Shown: piece by piece, positions 9,305-18,591 of the stretch
Position numbering within the stretch: position 1 is the first letter of the stretch
Layout of the letters: each line of letters opens with the position of its first letter
Origin: an uncultured Opitutales bacterium
GTDB lineage: Bacteria; Verrucomicrobiota; Verrucomicrobiia; Opitutales; JAIRKQ01
DNA: 64,000 nt
Reading direction: 5' to 3'
Assembly: GCA_964577805.1 (NCBI GenBank)
Contig: CAZOAG010000001.1
Coordinates: 27,033 to 91,032 of the forward strand
Position numbers and translations under genes: made by a program
The notes under the pieces: model-generated
Databases searched by the model: none
The model's input: the letters and a program-made list of their open reading frames with translations, nothing else
What the model was told of the DNA's origin: nothing

Positions 9305-11398
9305 GTGTTAAAAATAGCATTGCCATTGTTTTTGTTTGTGTCGTGTGTTTGTGCACATGGAGCGTTTGATATTAGTTCGAATGATCCAATAGAATATCGT
9401 GAGCTAGAGGATGAATTGGTTGCAAAGGGCGATGCTAGATTGGTATTTGGTGATTTTATTGTACAAGCAGATGAAATAAAACTTCGGAAGTGCGATGGAA
9501 TTGCCGATGCTGTAGGACATGTAAAAATAGATAATGGTCATATTTTTGCCATAGCTGATGATGTTTCTTATGATATAGCAAATAATATTATCATTTCTGA
9601 TAATGCACATGCGAAGGTCGGGAATAATTTTTTATCGGCTGATGTTTTAAATATAAAGGAAGAGAGGCAATCTGGTAAGAATATTACTGCGTATTGCGCT
9701 GATCCTGAAGGGAAATTAGTCCCTTCGATATCAGCGTCAACGGCAGATGTTCAAAACGGTGTTTTAAAAATAAAACATGCAAAGTTCCGGTTGGGTGAAA
9801 TCCCGGTATTTTATTGGCCGACTGTGAATGTAGGATTGCAAGATCGGCCGATATATTGTGAATCATCGTTTGGTGCAAATCATAACAATGGTGCTTTTTT
9901 ACGAAACAATGCATATTTCGGAATACAAAAAGGATTAAAAATCGGAGGTTTATTTGATGTATATACCAGACGTGGTATTCTTTTTGGACCTGCTTTTAAA
10001 TTAGAACACCATGGAGATATTCATGATGTTTTTTCAGAATTTAAATCAGGATTTATTCGAGATTGTGCAAGTGCAAGTGTTCGTGGTAAAGATGTCAATA
10101 ATGAGACAATAGGTCATGATCGTTATTTTGTCGAGTGGAAACATAAACATCATTATAATGACAATGTTGATGTTACATCGAATTTGTCATGGTTGAGTGA
10201 TTCTGAAGTTGAACGAGATTTTCGTGAATCATGGTATGAAAAAGATCAACGGCCAGATACTTTTGTTGAAGTAGATTATCGTGGGGATAATTATATTGCT
10301 TCTGTATTTTCTCGTACTGAGTTAAACAATTTTTATCCAACGACACAGAGATTGCCAGAATTGCGATTTGATTATTTGCCGACACCATTATTGAATACAT
10401 CGTTGATTCAAGAGGGACATATTGATGCTGTTCGTTTACACGGAATAGATGGTGATGGAGTTAAAAATAGCAGCTATCGTGGTGATATTTATTATGGTCT
10501 TAGCTGGCCGATACAATATCAAGATGTTATGTCATTCCGTCCGAATATTGGTGTTATGGGAATAGGGTATGACCATAATGTTCAAGGAGGGAATTATGGA
10601 AAGGGCCTTGTTCAGTGCGGGTTTGATTTGGACGGTTATGGAACAGGATATTCTGACTATGCTAATAATAGGTTAGGTATCGACGGTTTGAAGCATGTCG
10701 TACATCCAGTAGTGCAATATCGTATAATGCCGAATAAAAATGTTAATGATTCTATCCCTGTCTTTGATCATAATTTTTTCAATACAGAAATGCCGAGTAT
10801 AGATCTTGGGACTATGCGGAATTTGGACAGAATGTATCAACAAAATATGTTCCGTGTAGGTGTAGAGAATAGTGTTTATACTAGGTCGAAAGGATATGTT
10901 CCTAGAAAATTATTTCGGTTCGATCTTTTTCAAGATATTATCCTTGATAGAAGTTATGATATAGATAATGAGCGCTGGCAGAAGACATTCCCTGACACCT
11001 ACCTTATGGCAGGGGTATATCCTGTTGATTTGATAAGTTTTGATGTATATTCACGAATTGATCCTGAAAAACTTACATTGCATGAATTGAAAACAAGGGC
11101 ATCGGTTCACGAAGGAGATATTTGGAGAATATCTTTTACGACAAAATATGTCAAATATCATAAAAAAATTGCCGAGCAATATGGATTGGCGTTTACTTTT
11201 CAATTATCATCACAGGCATCATTGACATTAGAAGAAATATATGATGCCAAAATTCATAAATTCTCGAAACAGAGAATAGCATTACAAAGTATTTTTTGCA
11301 ATTCTTGGATGGCAGATGTTGGTGTTACGATCAGAGAGAATACCAGTAGAGAAAATCGGTTCCAATTCGATTGGTATATTAGAATGTTAGATTTTTAA
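9305..11398 (+). CDS. lptD: LPS-assembly outer-membrane protein LptD (OstA family)
   Basis: GTG start and signal peptide (MLKIALPLFLFVSCVCAHGA). The N-terminus is OstA-like (GDARLVFGDFIVQADEIKL...GHVKIDNG..FAIADDVSYD). The C-terminal half is long, aromatic-rich and beta-barrel-like. Confidence 0.65.
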   Translation: MLKIALPLFLFVSCVCAHGAFDISSNDPIEYRELEDELVAKGDARLVFGDFIVQADEIKLRKCDGIADAVGHVKIDNGHIFAIADDVSYDIANNIIISDNAHAKVGNNFLSADVLNIKEERQSGKNITAYCADPEGKLVPSISASTADVQNGVLKIKHAKFRLGEIPVFYWPTVNVGLQDRPIYCESSFGANHNNGAFLRNNAYFGIQKGLKIGGLFDVYTRRGILFGPAFKLEHHGDIHDVFSEFKSGFIRDCASASVRGKDVNNETIGHDRYFVEWKHKHHYNDNVDVTSNLSWLSDSEVERDFRESWYEKDQRPDTFVEVDYRGDNYIASVFSRTELNNFYPTTQRLPELRFDYLPTPLLNTSLIQEGHIDAVRLHGIDGDGVKNSSYRGDIYYGLSWPIQYQDVMSFRPNIGVMGIGYDHNVQGGNYGKGLVQCGFDLDGYGTGYSDYANNRLGIDGLKHVVHPVVQYRIMPNKNVNDSIPVFDHNFFNTEMPSIDLGTMRNLDRMYQQNMFRVGVENSVYTRSKGYVPRKLFRFDLFQDIILDRSYDIDNERWQKTFPDTYLMAGVYPVDLISFDVYSRIDPEKLTLHELKTRASVHEGDIWRISFTTKYVKYHKKIAEQYGLAFTFQLSSQASLTLEEIYDAKIHKFSKQRIALQSIFCNSWMADVGVTIRENTSRENRFQFDWYIRMLDF

Positions 11399-11406
11399 TT
11401 CCTATC

Positions 11407-12297
11407 ATGGATAAAAAATGTTCTTTATATGTTATTACTGGTTGTACAGCGAGTGGGAAATCATCGTATGCTATAGAGCTTGCTAAAAAAGTTGATGCTG
11501 AAATTATTTCATGTGATTCATTACTGGTGTATCGTGATATGAATATTGGTACAGCCAAGCCATCGTATGATATGCTGAATGATGTGCGGCATCATTGTGT
11601 CGATATTATATCTCCTGTTGAACGGTTTGATGTTGCTCAGTACATTTCATGTGCAAGAGATGCAATTAATGACATTTTATCGCGTAAAAAAAACATTATT
11701 GTTTGTGGTGGTTCTGGGTTTTATTTAAAATCATTTTTTCATCCTGTTGTTGATTCTGTCGCTGTATCAAATGATATTGCAAGAGAGGTTGATGAGATGT
11801 TCGAAGAAAAAGGGTTGAGCGGAATTGTCGATAAATTGATATCACTAAATCATGGTGCTCTTCCTGAAATCGATATGAATAATCCACGACGTGTAATGTC
11901 GGCATTAAAACGTTGTCTGGCATCAGGAAAAACATTGATGGAGATGCAAGATGATTTTCAGCGACAACAATGTGTGTTTGAAAATTATGATAAATTTACA
12001 GTAATGATGGATGTTTCGTATGATATTCTTGAACAACGAGTAAGAAATAGAGTTCATCAAATGATAAATGATGGGTTGATAGAGGAAGTGGAAGGATTGT
12101 GTGATCGTTATGGTAAATTGTCATCTAGTGCTACAATGGCGATAGGATATCGTGAAACTTTGGCATGGTTAAAAAATAAAACGACAGAACAGGACCTTTG
12201 TGATAAAATATCATTGCATACTATGTGGTTAGTAAAAAAACAAAAAACATGGTTGAAAAAACAGGTGCCAATAGATGCTGTTCGGTTGGTTAAATAA
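11407..12297 (+). CDS. miaA: tRNA dimethylallyltransferase
   Basis: Has the P-loop VITGCTASGKSS, the motif ISCDSLLVYRDMNIGTAKPS, and GGSGFYLKS. Confidence 0.9.
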   Translation: MDKKCSLYVITGCTASGKSSYAIELAKKVDAEIISCDSLLVYRDMNIGTAKPSYDMLNDVRHHCVDIISPVERFDVAQYISCARDAINDILSRKKNIIVCGGSGFYLKSFFHPVVDSVAVSNDIAREVDEMFEEKGLSGIVDKLISLNHGALPEIDMNNPRRVMSALKRCLASGKTLMEMQDDFQRQQCVFENYDKFTVMMDVSYDILEQRVRNRVHQMINDGLIEEVEGLCDRYGKLSSSATMAIGYRETLAWLKNKTTEQDLCDKISLHTMWLVKKQKTWLKKQVPIDAVRLVK

Positions 12298-12344
12298 AAT
12301 CGTTGCTGTTGATAGTGGTAATTGCATATTGAGTTTTGGTATAG

Positions 12345-13190
12345 ATGAATGTTGCAACGATAGATTTTGAAGGGAAACAATTGATATCAGTAGTGGTTGA
12401 GCCGTCTCGTTATTTTTTTGATGCTAATACGGGTGGTTTATTGAGTTGGCAAATAATGATGGCTGATGGAAATGTTCGTGACATGTTATTTTGTCAAGAG
12501 ATGTGCAATAGAAATTATATTTCACATGCATCTTTTAATATAAAAACGGCGTCCAATTATGGAATACTTGATGTGGCCGATGAAACGTTGTCATTAAAAA
12601 ATATCACTACAGATTCTGACAATATAATTTTTTCATTATGCAGACATGACGTGCAATCATGCTGTTTGAATGTTAAATATAGGTTATCGGATTTGTTTTT
12701 TCGAACGGAATTAACGCTTGAAAACAATGGCTTAGCCCCTGTTTATTGGCAGCCATTATATCATGTTTTTCTTGAAGTGCCATGGTGTGATAATGCTGCA
12801 TTTGATCGATATTTTGTAAAATTTTCTGGAAAGAAGATTTGGGCATTGTCTGATTCTTTGATTGGTATAGTTTCAAAAAAATCGAATGATAAAGTTTCAT
12901 TATCTGAGCTAAGTGTTTCGCCGATTGGTGTTGGAGATCTTAGGGATAGTAGAATTTGTGTATGTTCTCCAAATGAAGAAGAATGTGTTTCTTTGATTTT
13001 TGGTGAACAAGCATCGCTATCTGTAATGGCATTTAGAAAACATATAGGACATAACTGTTTGGAAGGAATATTTTGTTCTGACATACAACATGATACAGCG
13101 TCAAAATTAAAAAACAAAGAACTTGTTAGCCATCGTGTTGTTCATTCTGAGATGAGTGATATTTTTGCAGTAGAAGTTTCTGCGTATTGA
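12345..13190 (+). CDS. Hypothetical protein, weak aldose-1-epimerase (mutarotase)-fold resemblance
   Basis: 281-aa ORF. The segment TLENNGLAPVYWQPLYHVFLEVPW loosely recalls the ...N.g..p.p...g.HpYF.lp strand of mutarotase-like proteins. The functional call is weak. Confidence 0.3.
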   Translation: MNVATIDFEGKQLISVVVEPSRYFFDANTGGLLSWQIMMADGNVRDMLFCQEMCNRNYISHASFNIKTASNYGILDVADETLSLKNITTDSDNIIFSLCRHDVQSCCLNVKYRLSDLFFRTELTLENNGLAPVYWQPLYHVFLEVPWCDNAAFDRYFVKFSGKKIWALSDSLIGIVSKKSNDKVSLSELSVSPIGVGDLRDSRICVCSPNEEECVSLIFGEQASLSVMAFRKHIGHNCLEGIFCSDIQHDTASKLKNKELVSHRVVHSEMSDIFAVEVSAY

Positions 13191-13306
13191 ATTATTCAAA
13201 TACTTTGAAATGTTTTTCTGTTTGATCTGTTTTTTTTGTAAAAATTGTTAAATAAACAATTTATCACTTGCCAGAATTGTGTATTGTGTTACTCATTGAA
13301 TAGTTA

Positions 13307-14248
13307 ATGAGCATGTGGTCGCATCGTATATATAGGTCTCTGATTTTTGTATGTATATCGATGTTTGCATCTAATGGTATGATTTTTGGGCATGAAGATG
13401 GCGTAAGCGCATCTGCCACTACTGTTTTTTCAATAGGAAATTTTCCTATTACTGATTCCGTAATCGCTACTTGGGTTGTATCGTTGTTTCTTATTATTGT
13501 CATGAAACTACTGTTACGTGGTGGTGTTAACATTATCCCAAGTACAGGACAGGCGGTAATTGAATCATTGATTTCTGGTTTGGGTGGTGTTATTGAAGGT
13601 ATTGTTGGCCGAAAAGCAATTAGGGTTGTTCTGCCATTATTGTTAGGGTATTTTTTCTTTATTATAGTACATAATTGGAGCGGGTTATTCCCTGGTATTG
13701 GTAGTATCGGTGTTTATGTTGATGGTGTTTTTCGGCCATTTTTGAGGCCAGCTAATGCAGATTTGAACACAACACTTGCTATGGCATTAATAGCGTTTTT
13801 TGCATGGGGATACTATTGTATAAAATGTGCCGGTGCTAAAGCATTATATTTTGAAGTATTTGGAAATAAGGCAGAGAAGTCTGGAATGGCACCTTTAATG
13901 TACAAAATGCTGTTCGTAGTATTTTTTGCTGTCGGATTTATAGAATGCCTTTCTATTTTATGCCGTATAATATCATTATCGTTTAGATTATTTGGTAATA
14001 CGTTTGGTGGTGAGAATTTGTTACATAATATGTACGGATTTTCAGATGTGTTAAAAAACATTCCTGTAGTAAATTACATATCGTATTTGATTCCGTTGCC
14101 ATTTTATTTTCTAGAATTTTTGATCGCGATTATACAGGCGTTTGTGTTTACATTATTGGTGTCGGTGTATATCGGGCTGGTATGCAATCATGACGATCAT
14201 GAACAACATGATGAATTTTTACAAAAGGAAAAATTATGTGGGCTATAG
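13307..14248 (+). CDS. atpB: F0F1 ATP synthase subunit a
   Basis: Polytopic protein with the SFRLFGNTFGGENLL motif (canonical RLFGN.FAG with the essential Arg). It is directly followed by atpE. Confidence 0.88.
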   Translation: MSMWSHRIYRSLIFVCISMFASNGMIFGHEDGVSASATTVFSIGNFPITDSVIATWVVSLFLIIVMKLLLRGGVNIIPSTGQAVIESLISGLGGVIEGIVGRKAIRVVLPLLLGYFFFIIVHNWSGLFPGIGSIGVYVDGVFRPFLRPANADLNTTLAMALIAFFAWGYYCIKCAGAKALYFEVFGNKAEKSGMAPLMYKMLFVVFFAVGFIECLSILCRIISLSFRLFGNTFGGENLLHNMYGFSDVLKNIPVVNYISYLIPLPFYFLEFLIAIIQAFVFTLLVSVYIGLVCNHDDHEQHDEFLQKEKLCGL

Positions 14249-14457
14249 CTGAATTGACAGGTAATATTGCAAAAGGATTGGTACAGGCATTCGGATGTGC
14301 GGCAGCAGCTTTTGGTGTTATGTCCATTGGGGCAAAGGCAGTTGAAGCAGTTGGTCGCAATCCAGGTGCATCAGGAAAAGTATTGGTACAATCGATTTTG
14401 GGAATGGCATTGGCTGAAGCGGTTGCGTTTTATGCACTATTCTTTGCTAATTGTTAA
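14236..14457 (+). CDS. atpE: F0F1 ATP synthase subunit c
   Basis: 73-aa two-helix hairpin with loop GRNPGASG and a conserved carboxylate in helix 2 (GMALAEAVAFYALF). It overlaps the atpB end by 13 nt. Confidence 0.88.
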   Translation: MWAIAELTGNIAKGLVQAFGCAAAAFGVMSIGAKAVEAVGRNPGASGKVLVQSILGMALAEAVAFYALFFANC

Positions 14458-14478
14458 TGTTACAGCGTAGATAAGATT

Positions 14479-15027
14479 ATGATAATATCTCCTGTCATTG
14501 GTGCTTTGGACCTGCGGGCAATGTTTGGTGGTTTTGGAATAGATTGGCATTTGCTGATTATTCAAACATTGAATTTTGTGCTGGTTGCATTTGTGTTATA
14601 TAGATTTGGTATTCGAAATGTAATATCAATGATGGATGCCAGGCGAGAGAAAATCGAAGCTGGCATCAAATATGCCGACAAGATGCAGGCCGAGTTGGCG
14701 GCATTTGAGCGTTCTCGTTCGGAGCGTGAAGAGATTGCGCGGCAGGAAGCTGCTAATATTGTACAACAAGCAAAAAATGGCGCGAGGGAGATATTGTCAA
14801 GTGGTCGTGCTGAGGCTCAAATTGTTGCTGATAATATGTTGGTCAATGCGCGACAGGAAATTGTTCGAGAAAAAGAACGAACATTACGTGATGTCAAACA
14901 AGAGTTTGGTACGTTGGTTGCTGATGTTGCGTATCAATTGCTTATGAAAAACATGACAGATAAGCAGAAAAGTAAATATGTGGCGTTGGCGGAAAAAATG
15001 ATGGTTTCTTCGGATGATATGTTGTGA
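14479..15027 (+). CDS. atpF: F0F1 ATP synthase subunit b
   Basis: One N-terminal TM segment followed by a long charged helix (REKIEAGIKYADKMQAELAAFERSRSEREEIARQEAANIVQQAK...). Position follows atpE. Confidence 0.8.
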   Translation: MIISPVIGALDLRAMFGGFGIDWHLLIIQTLNFVLVAFVLYRFGIRNVISMMDARREKIEAGIKYADKMQAELAAFERSRSEREEIARQEAANIVQQAKNGAREILSSGRAEAQIVADNMLVNARQEIVREKERTLRDVKQEFGTLVADVAYQLLMKNMTDKQKSKYVALAEKMMVSSDDML

Positions 15028-15422
15028 AGGTTTTATCTGAAAAAGTTAATAAAAAATTGTTGTCGTTGTCGTTAGGCGACGATGGTTTGTTGGATGATTG
15101 TAGAATATCATATGTATTATCATCTTTATCGATGAAGTTTTCAGGAGATGAATTACGAAGATTGTTGATAGACTATTTAAATGTTCTTGAGCGATTTCGT
15201 GCATCTCATACTTTATTTATAGAACATAGCGGTGAATTATCTGATGATTGTGTTCAGAGATTGCGTGAGAGGTATCAAATAATGTTTGGGCGCTCATTAT
15301 TGGTGTTGAAAAAAGAGTCAGAAGAATTGATAGCAGGTCTCAGGATACAATTAGATGATTTTGTTTTCGAGTGCTCTATAGCAAATGCTTTAGATGCGTA
15401 TCGCAAGTCATTGAGCATATAA
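15024..15422 (+). CDS. atpH: Shortened F1 delta (OSCP) subunit
   Basis: GTG start overlapping the atpF stop. Only 132 aa, versus about 177 aa for E. coli delta as I recall it. The C-terminus LIAGLRIQLDDFVFECSIANALDAY matches the delta signature (GG..i..gD.v.DgS....L). There is no TM segment, so it is not a b' subunit. Confidence 0.6.
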   Translation: MKVLSEKVNKKLLSLSLGDDGLLDDCRISYVLSSLSMKFSGDELRRLLIDYLNVLERFRASHTLFIEHSGELSDDCVQRLRERYQIMFGRSLLVLKKESEELIAGLRIQLDDFVFECSIANALDAYRKSLSI

Positions 15423-15802
15423 ATTGAGGATTTTTTTGTATTTTTAGTTCTTTTTTGGGAAAATTTCAGTTTTAGTAGCAGTTGGCGCCTAATTCTTTTG
15501 ATGTGTGTTAGTGCTTGTTGTCTTTATTAATTAAAGACGGAATTTGTTTTTCAGGAAAACAACGATTTTATCGCTATAGATGCTATCTTATTATTTTACA
15601 TGCTTTTGCCTATTTTAGATTCCTAATTTGTTAAATCTGAATGGATTCCGTGCGGATTTGTTGTGATCTTGAATTTGGTTGGTCTTTGGCGCTGGCCCGG
15701 CGTTATGAACTGGCATTCCTGTTTTTATTTAGATCGTATGTAAATAAATTGATTGTTTTAATTGCTCATTTAAATTTTTTCAGTAAAATACAGCGTGTTG
15801 AG

Positions 15803-16351
15803 ATGAAGAGTCATTTTTGTTGTGGAAAAATCAAACAGGCAGTGAGGCCTAAGTTGACGGGAAAACTATTGATAGCACATCCAATGATTGACGAGCAAGC
15901 ATTGTCCAAAACAATAATTTTTGTTGAAGATAGTGATGAACGACAAATGCACGGTGTTATTTTGAATCGGCCTTTGCATGTGTTAATGAAGGATATCGGT
16001 CGTCAGTTTGATGTTCCAATTGTGAGGACTGTTCCTGTTTATTGGGGCGGCGAAAAATGTTCCAATGAAGTGATGTTAACTGCATGGGTGGTAAACAAAC
16101 AGAATAATTGTTATGAAATATATCATTCTTTGAACGGTGATAGTGCTATTGAAATTGTAAAACGATGTAAAAATGCACAGTTGCGTGCTTATTTGGGCAT
16201 GTGTTCGTTTGAAAGTTCTATTTACAATGATATTGAAAATGGACTTTGGATTGTAAGTAGCGCAGAACAAATAATCGGAGCGAATGAACATGAGGAAGCT
16301 CTTTGGGAACGATTATTATTGCAAACCAACCCACATGCATTGCTGATATAG
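15803..16351 (+). CDS. YqgE/AlgH family protein (UPF0301)
   Basis: GKLLIAHPMIDEQALSKTIIFVEDSDERQMHGVILNRPL fits the family N-terminal signature. I chose the internal ATG at 15803, because the ORF-track start at 15641 adds 54 unrelated residues. Confidence 0.7.
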   Translation: MKSHFCCGKIKQAVRPKLTGKLLIAHPMIDEQALSKTIIFVEDSDERQMHGVILNRPLHVLMKDIGRQFDVPIVRTVPVYWGGEKCSNEVMLTAWVVNKQNNCYEIYHSLNGDSAIEIVKRCKNAQLRAYLGMCSFESSIYNDIENGLWIVSSAEQIIGANEHEEALWERLLLQTNPHALLI

Positions 16352-16362
16352 ATAAGACTTTT

Positions 16363-16920
16363 TTATTTTTCTAATTTATCTATATATAAAATGCCGTGCA
16401 AATGATCTATTTCATGTTGCAAACACCGTGCTAAAATGCCGCTTGCTTGTAATTTATGATGTTTTCCATTAATATTACAAAACGTCACTGTTATGTCTTC
16501 TGCCCGTTTTACTTTGCCATGTCTATTTGGAACAGACAAACACCCTTCTTCCATTACTGCTGTTTTTGTTGATGATTTTGTAATTACTGGATTGATAATA
16601 GTTAATGGAGATATGTCAGCTATATGTACAATCTTATTGTCTAGTTTGCATTGTTCATTTTCTTCTAAACATGGACTGACATCAATCACGCACATTCTTA
16701 TAGATCTACCAATTTGAGGTGCCGCAAGTCCAATGCCATTAGCATGATACATTGTTGCTACCATATTATTTTTTAACGTCATTAACTCTGATGAAAAATC
16801 AGTGATTAATGATGCTTTTTGTCGCAGTACTTCATTGCCTTCTATAACTATAGGTAATATTACTGGTGGTAAAGACTTATTGTTCTTTGCTTGTGAAAAC
16901 ACAGAAGGAATACTGCTCAT
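16363..16920 (-). CDS. def: Peptide deformylase
   Basis: Carries the three Def motifs GIGLAAPQIG, EGCLSVP and QHEIDHLHG. The start is placed at the ATG at 16920. The longer ORF to 17058 would overlap the divergent exonuclease gene. Confidence 0.9.
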   Translation of the reverse strand: MSSIPSVFSQAKNNKSLPPVILPIVIEGNEVLRQKASLITDFSSELMTLKNNMVATMYHANGIGLAAPQIGRSIRMCVIDVSPCLEENEQCKLDNKIVHIADISPLTIINPVITKSSTKTAVMEEGCLSVPNRHGKVKRAEDITVTFCNINGKHHKLQASGILARCLQHEIDHLHGILYIDKLEK

Positions 16921-17025
16921 GTCAAAATTAGTTATTGACGGATGTTGTTTTTTTTTTCTTTTACAAGAAAAATGTATGATGCCTGTCGCATATTTTGTAA
17001 ATCCGTGATAAAAGTGTTCCGTAGA

Positions 17026-17604
17026 ATGGCGCTGCAAAAGCACATTACGAGTAAGCAAATTTCTCGTATGCCGCTTGGGTCATATCGTGGAGATATTGTG
17101 TATGTAAAGGATGATGCATCTGCTAAAATGGCAGTAGATGAGCTGTTGTCAGAGTCGATATTAGGGTTTGATACAGAGAGTAAACCAGCATTTAAGAAGG
17201 GAGAATATTTTCCTCCATCATTGATTCAAATAGCTGGTGCGAAAAAAGTATTTTTATTTCACATTGTCCATATTAGTGGTTTGGAAGTTATAAGGCCAAT
17301 CCTGGAAAATGGAAAGATCATGAAGGTCGGTTCCGCTATTCAAAACGATGTAAAACATTTACAACGAATGATGCCATTTGACGCTAGAGGTTTTTTTGAC
17401 CTTGGTTTATTTAGTGGGAAATTGGGTATTGTATATACAGGGTTGCGGAATTTAGCGGCAATATTTTTGCGCATACGAATTTCCAAAAGTTCCCAATTGA
17501 CAGATTGGAGCCGTCCACAATTGACTCAACAACAAGTGTTATACGCAGCAACAGATGCATGGGTAAGTCGTGAAATCTTTTTAAAAATGGCGCGATTGCT
17601 ATAA
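17026..17604 (+). CDS. Stand-alone 3'-5' exonuclease domain protein (DEDDy, RNase D/WRN-exo like)
   Basis: Contains the Exo motifs LGFDTESKP, KVGSAIQNDVKHL and YAATDAWVSREI. The start is taken at the ATG at 17026. Confidence 0.75.
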   Translation: MALQKHITSKQISRMPLGSYRGDIVYVKDDASAKMAVDELLSESILGFDTESKPAFKKGEYFPPSLIQIAGAKKVFLFHIVHISGLEVIRPILENGKIMKVGSAIQNDVKHLQRMMPFDARGFFDLGLFSGKLGIVYTGLRNLAAIFLRIRISKSSQLTDWSRPQLTQQQVLYAATDAWVSREIFLKMARLL

Positions 17605-17771
17605 AAGTATTTCACGTGATAAAAACCAAAAGCAAAATTTTTTCCTGCTATGTGTTTTACAAGTATGGTGTTCTTGGATCGATTGTTTGTTTTTTTGAAT
17701 GCATAGATTGAATGCTATAGACTCTGAGTGCAGGATTTTATTTTATCAATTGCTTGATTTTTTTTGAAAGC

Positions 17772-18542
17772 ATGTCATCATATTACAGCATGTGTTTTGG
17801 TTTTTGTGATGATGCGTTTATTTTGCCGGAGGTCAGGCAAAATGATGTCATATTCGATAATTTTTTTGCACAAGGCCAAAGTACTTTGTCATTCTTCCAT
17901 GATGATGATCAATTTGAATTATTTCTTAAGCATGATGCTTATAAATTTAGTGAATGTATAGTGCTATGTTTAAAATGTGATGGCAGTGATGTTGAGTTGG
18001 TTCTTCCTGGAACAACACGATTGGAACATCTGGATGATCGATTTGAAGATATAGACTTAAATTTGTTGCAAGGGGATATTCGACAACAGTTGGTTATGTG
18101 TTTGTTTGAAAAATATCTTGAGTCGTTGCAACAAATGTTGAGCATGCCGGTAGAGATTGTTTCCATAAGGCTTGATGGAGATGTAGATGATATATTCGAA
18201 CGTGAATGTGGTGTTGAAATTAAACGAGGGGAAGAGATTGTTTCATTGATAAATATACGATGTAGTGATGCATTTTTTCAGCGTGTTATGCCGTTGTGTT
18301 CGAAATGTTTACAGAATGCTGTTGTGGTCGATTGCGAATTGCCATTTTCATGGCATATACAATTGGGTAGCACACAATTGTTGCAGGAGGATTATAAGGG
18401 ACTGGAAGAACAAGATATTGTTTTCTTAGATGATTTTTCGTGTATAAATAATAATTGTTACAAGTTGTCCGGAATAGATGGTATGGCAATAGATTGTGCG
18501 TTTATAGATGGTTCATTGGTTGTTAACAAAGTTGTTGTTTGA
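17772..18542 (+). CDS. sctQ: T3SS cytoplasmic-ring/sorting-platform protein, SctQ-like (HrcQA-like)
   Basis: Lies immediately upstream of a SpoA gene and sctR. The central segment LLQGDIRQQLVMCLFEKYLESLQQMLSMPVEIVSIRL fits the SctQ pattern. The C-terminus IQLGSTQLLQEDYKGLEEQDIVFLDD...AIDCAFIDGSLVVNKV looks like a divergent SpoA fold. TTG at 17754 is an alternative start. Confidence 0.5.
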   Translation: MSSYYSMCFGFCDDAFILPEVRQNDVIFDNFFAQGQSTLSFFHDDDQFELFLKHDAYKFSECIVLCLKCDGSDVELVLPGTTRLEHLDDRFEDIDLNLLQGDIRQQLVMCLFEKYLESLQQMLSMPVEIVSIRLDGDVDDIFERECGVEIKRGEEIVSLINIRCSDAFFQRVMPLCSKCLQNAVVVDCELPFSWHIQLGSTQLLQEDYKGLEEQDIVFLDDFSCINNNCYKLSGIDGMAIDCAFIDGSLVVNKVVV

Positions 18543-18591
18543 TAAATAGTGGATCGATGTAAGTTTGCATGTGTCGGTATGGGAGAATATA

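Noticed and set aside
14267..14947. Alternative-frame plus-strand ORFs (67 aa at 14267..14470 and 103 aa at 14636..14947) within atpE and atpF
   Set aside because: They overlap genes with clear c- and b-subunit signatures in other frames. Their basic, Arg-rich composition is typical of an out-of-frame reading.
15641..15802. N-terminal 54-codon extension of the yqgE-family ORF, and the analogous extensions of def (16921..17058), the exonuclease (16942..17025), sctJ (41481..41570) and tatD (29685..29732)
   Set aside because: The extensions carry no family similarity and would make divergent genes overlap (def and the exonuclease). Internal ATGs reproduce the canonical N-termini: the lipoprotein signal for SctJ, MDIIDSHCH for TatD, and the LLIAHP motif region for YqgE.
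17605..17771. Search for sigma-54 (-24 TGGCAC / -12 TTGC) promoters upstream of the T3SS units (17605-17771 and 41440-41570), prompted by the rpoN gene in the window
   Set aside because: I found only partial GG...GC matches with wrong spacing, for example TTGGATCGATTGTTTG. Nothing there is good enough to call by eye, so a PWM scan would be needed.
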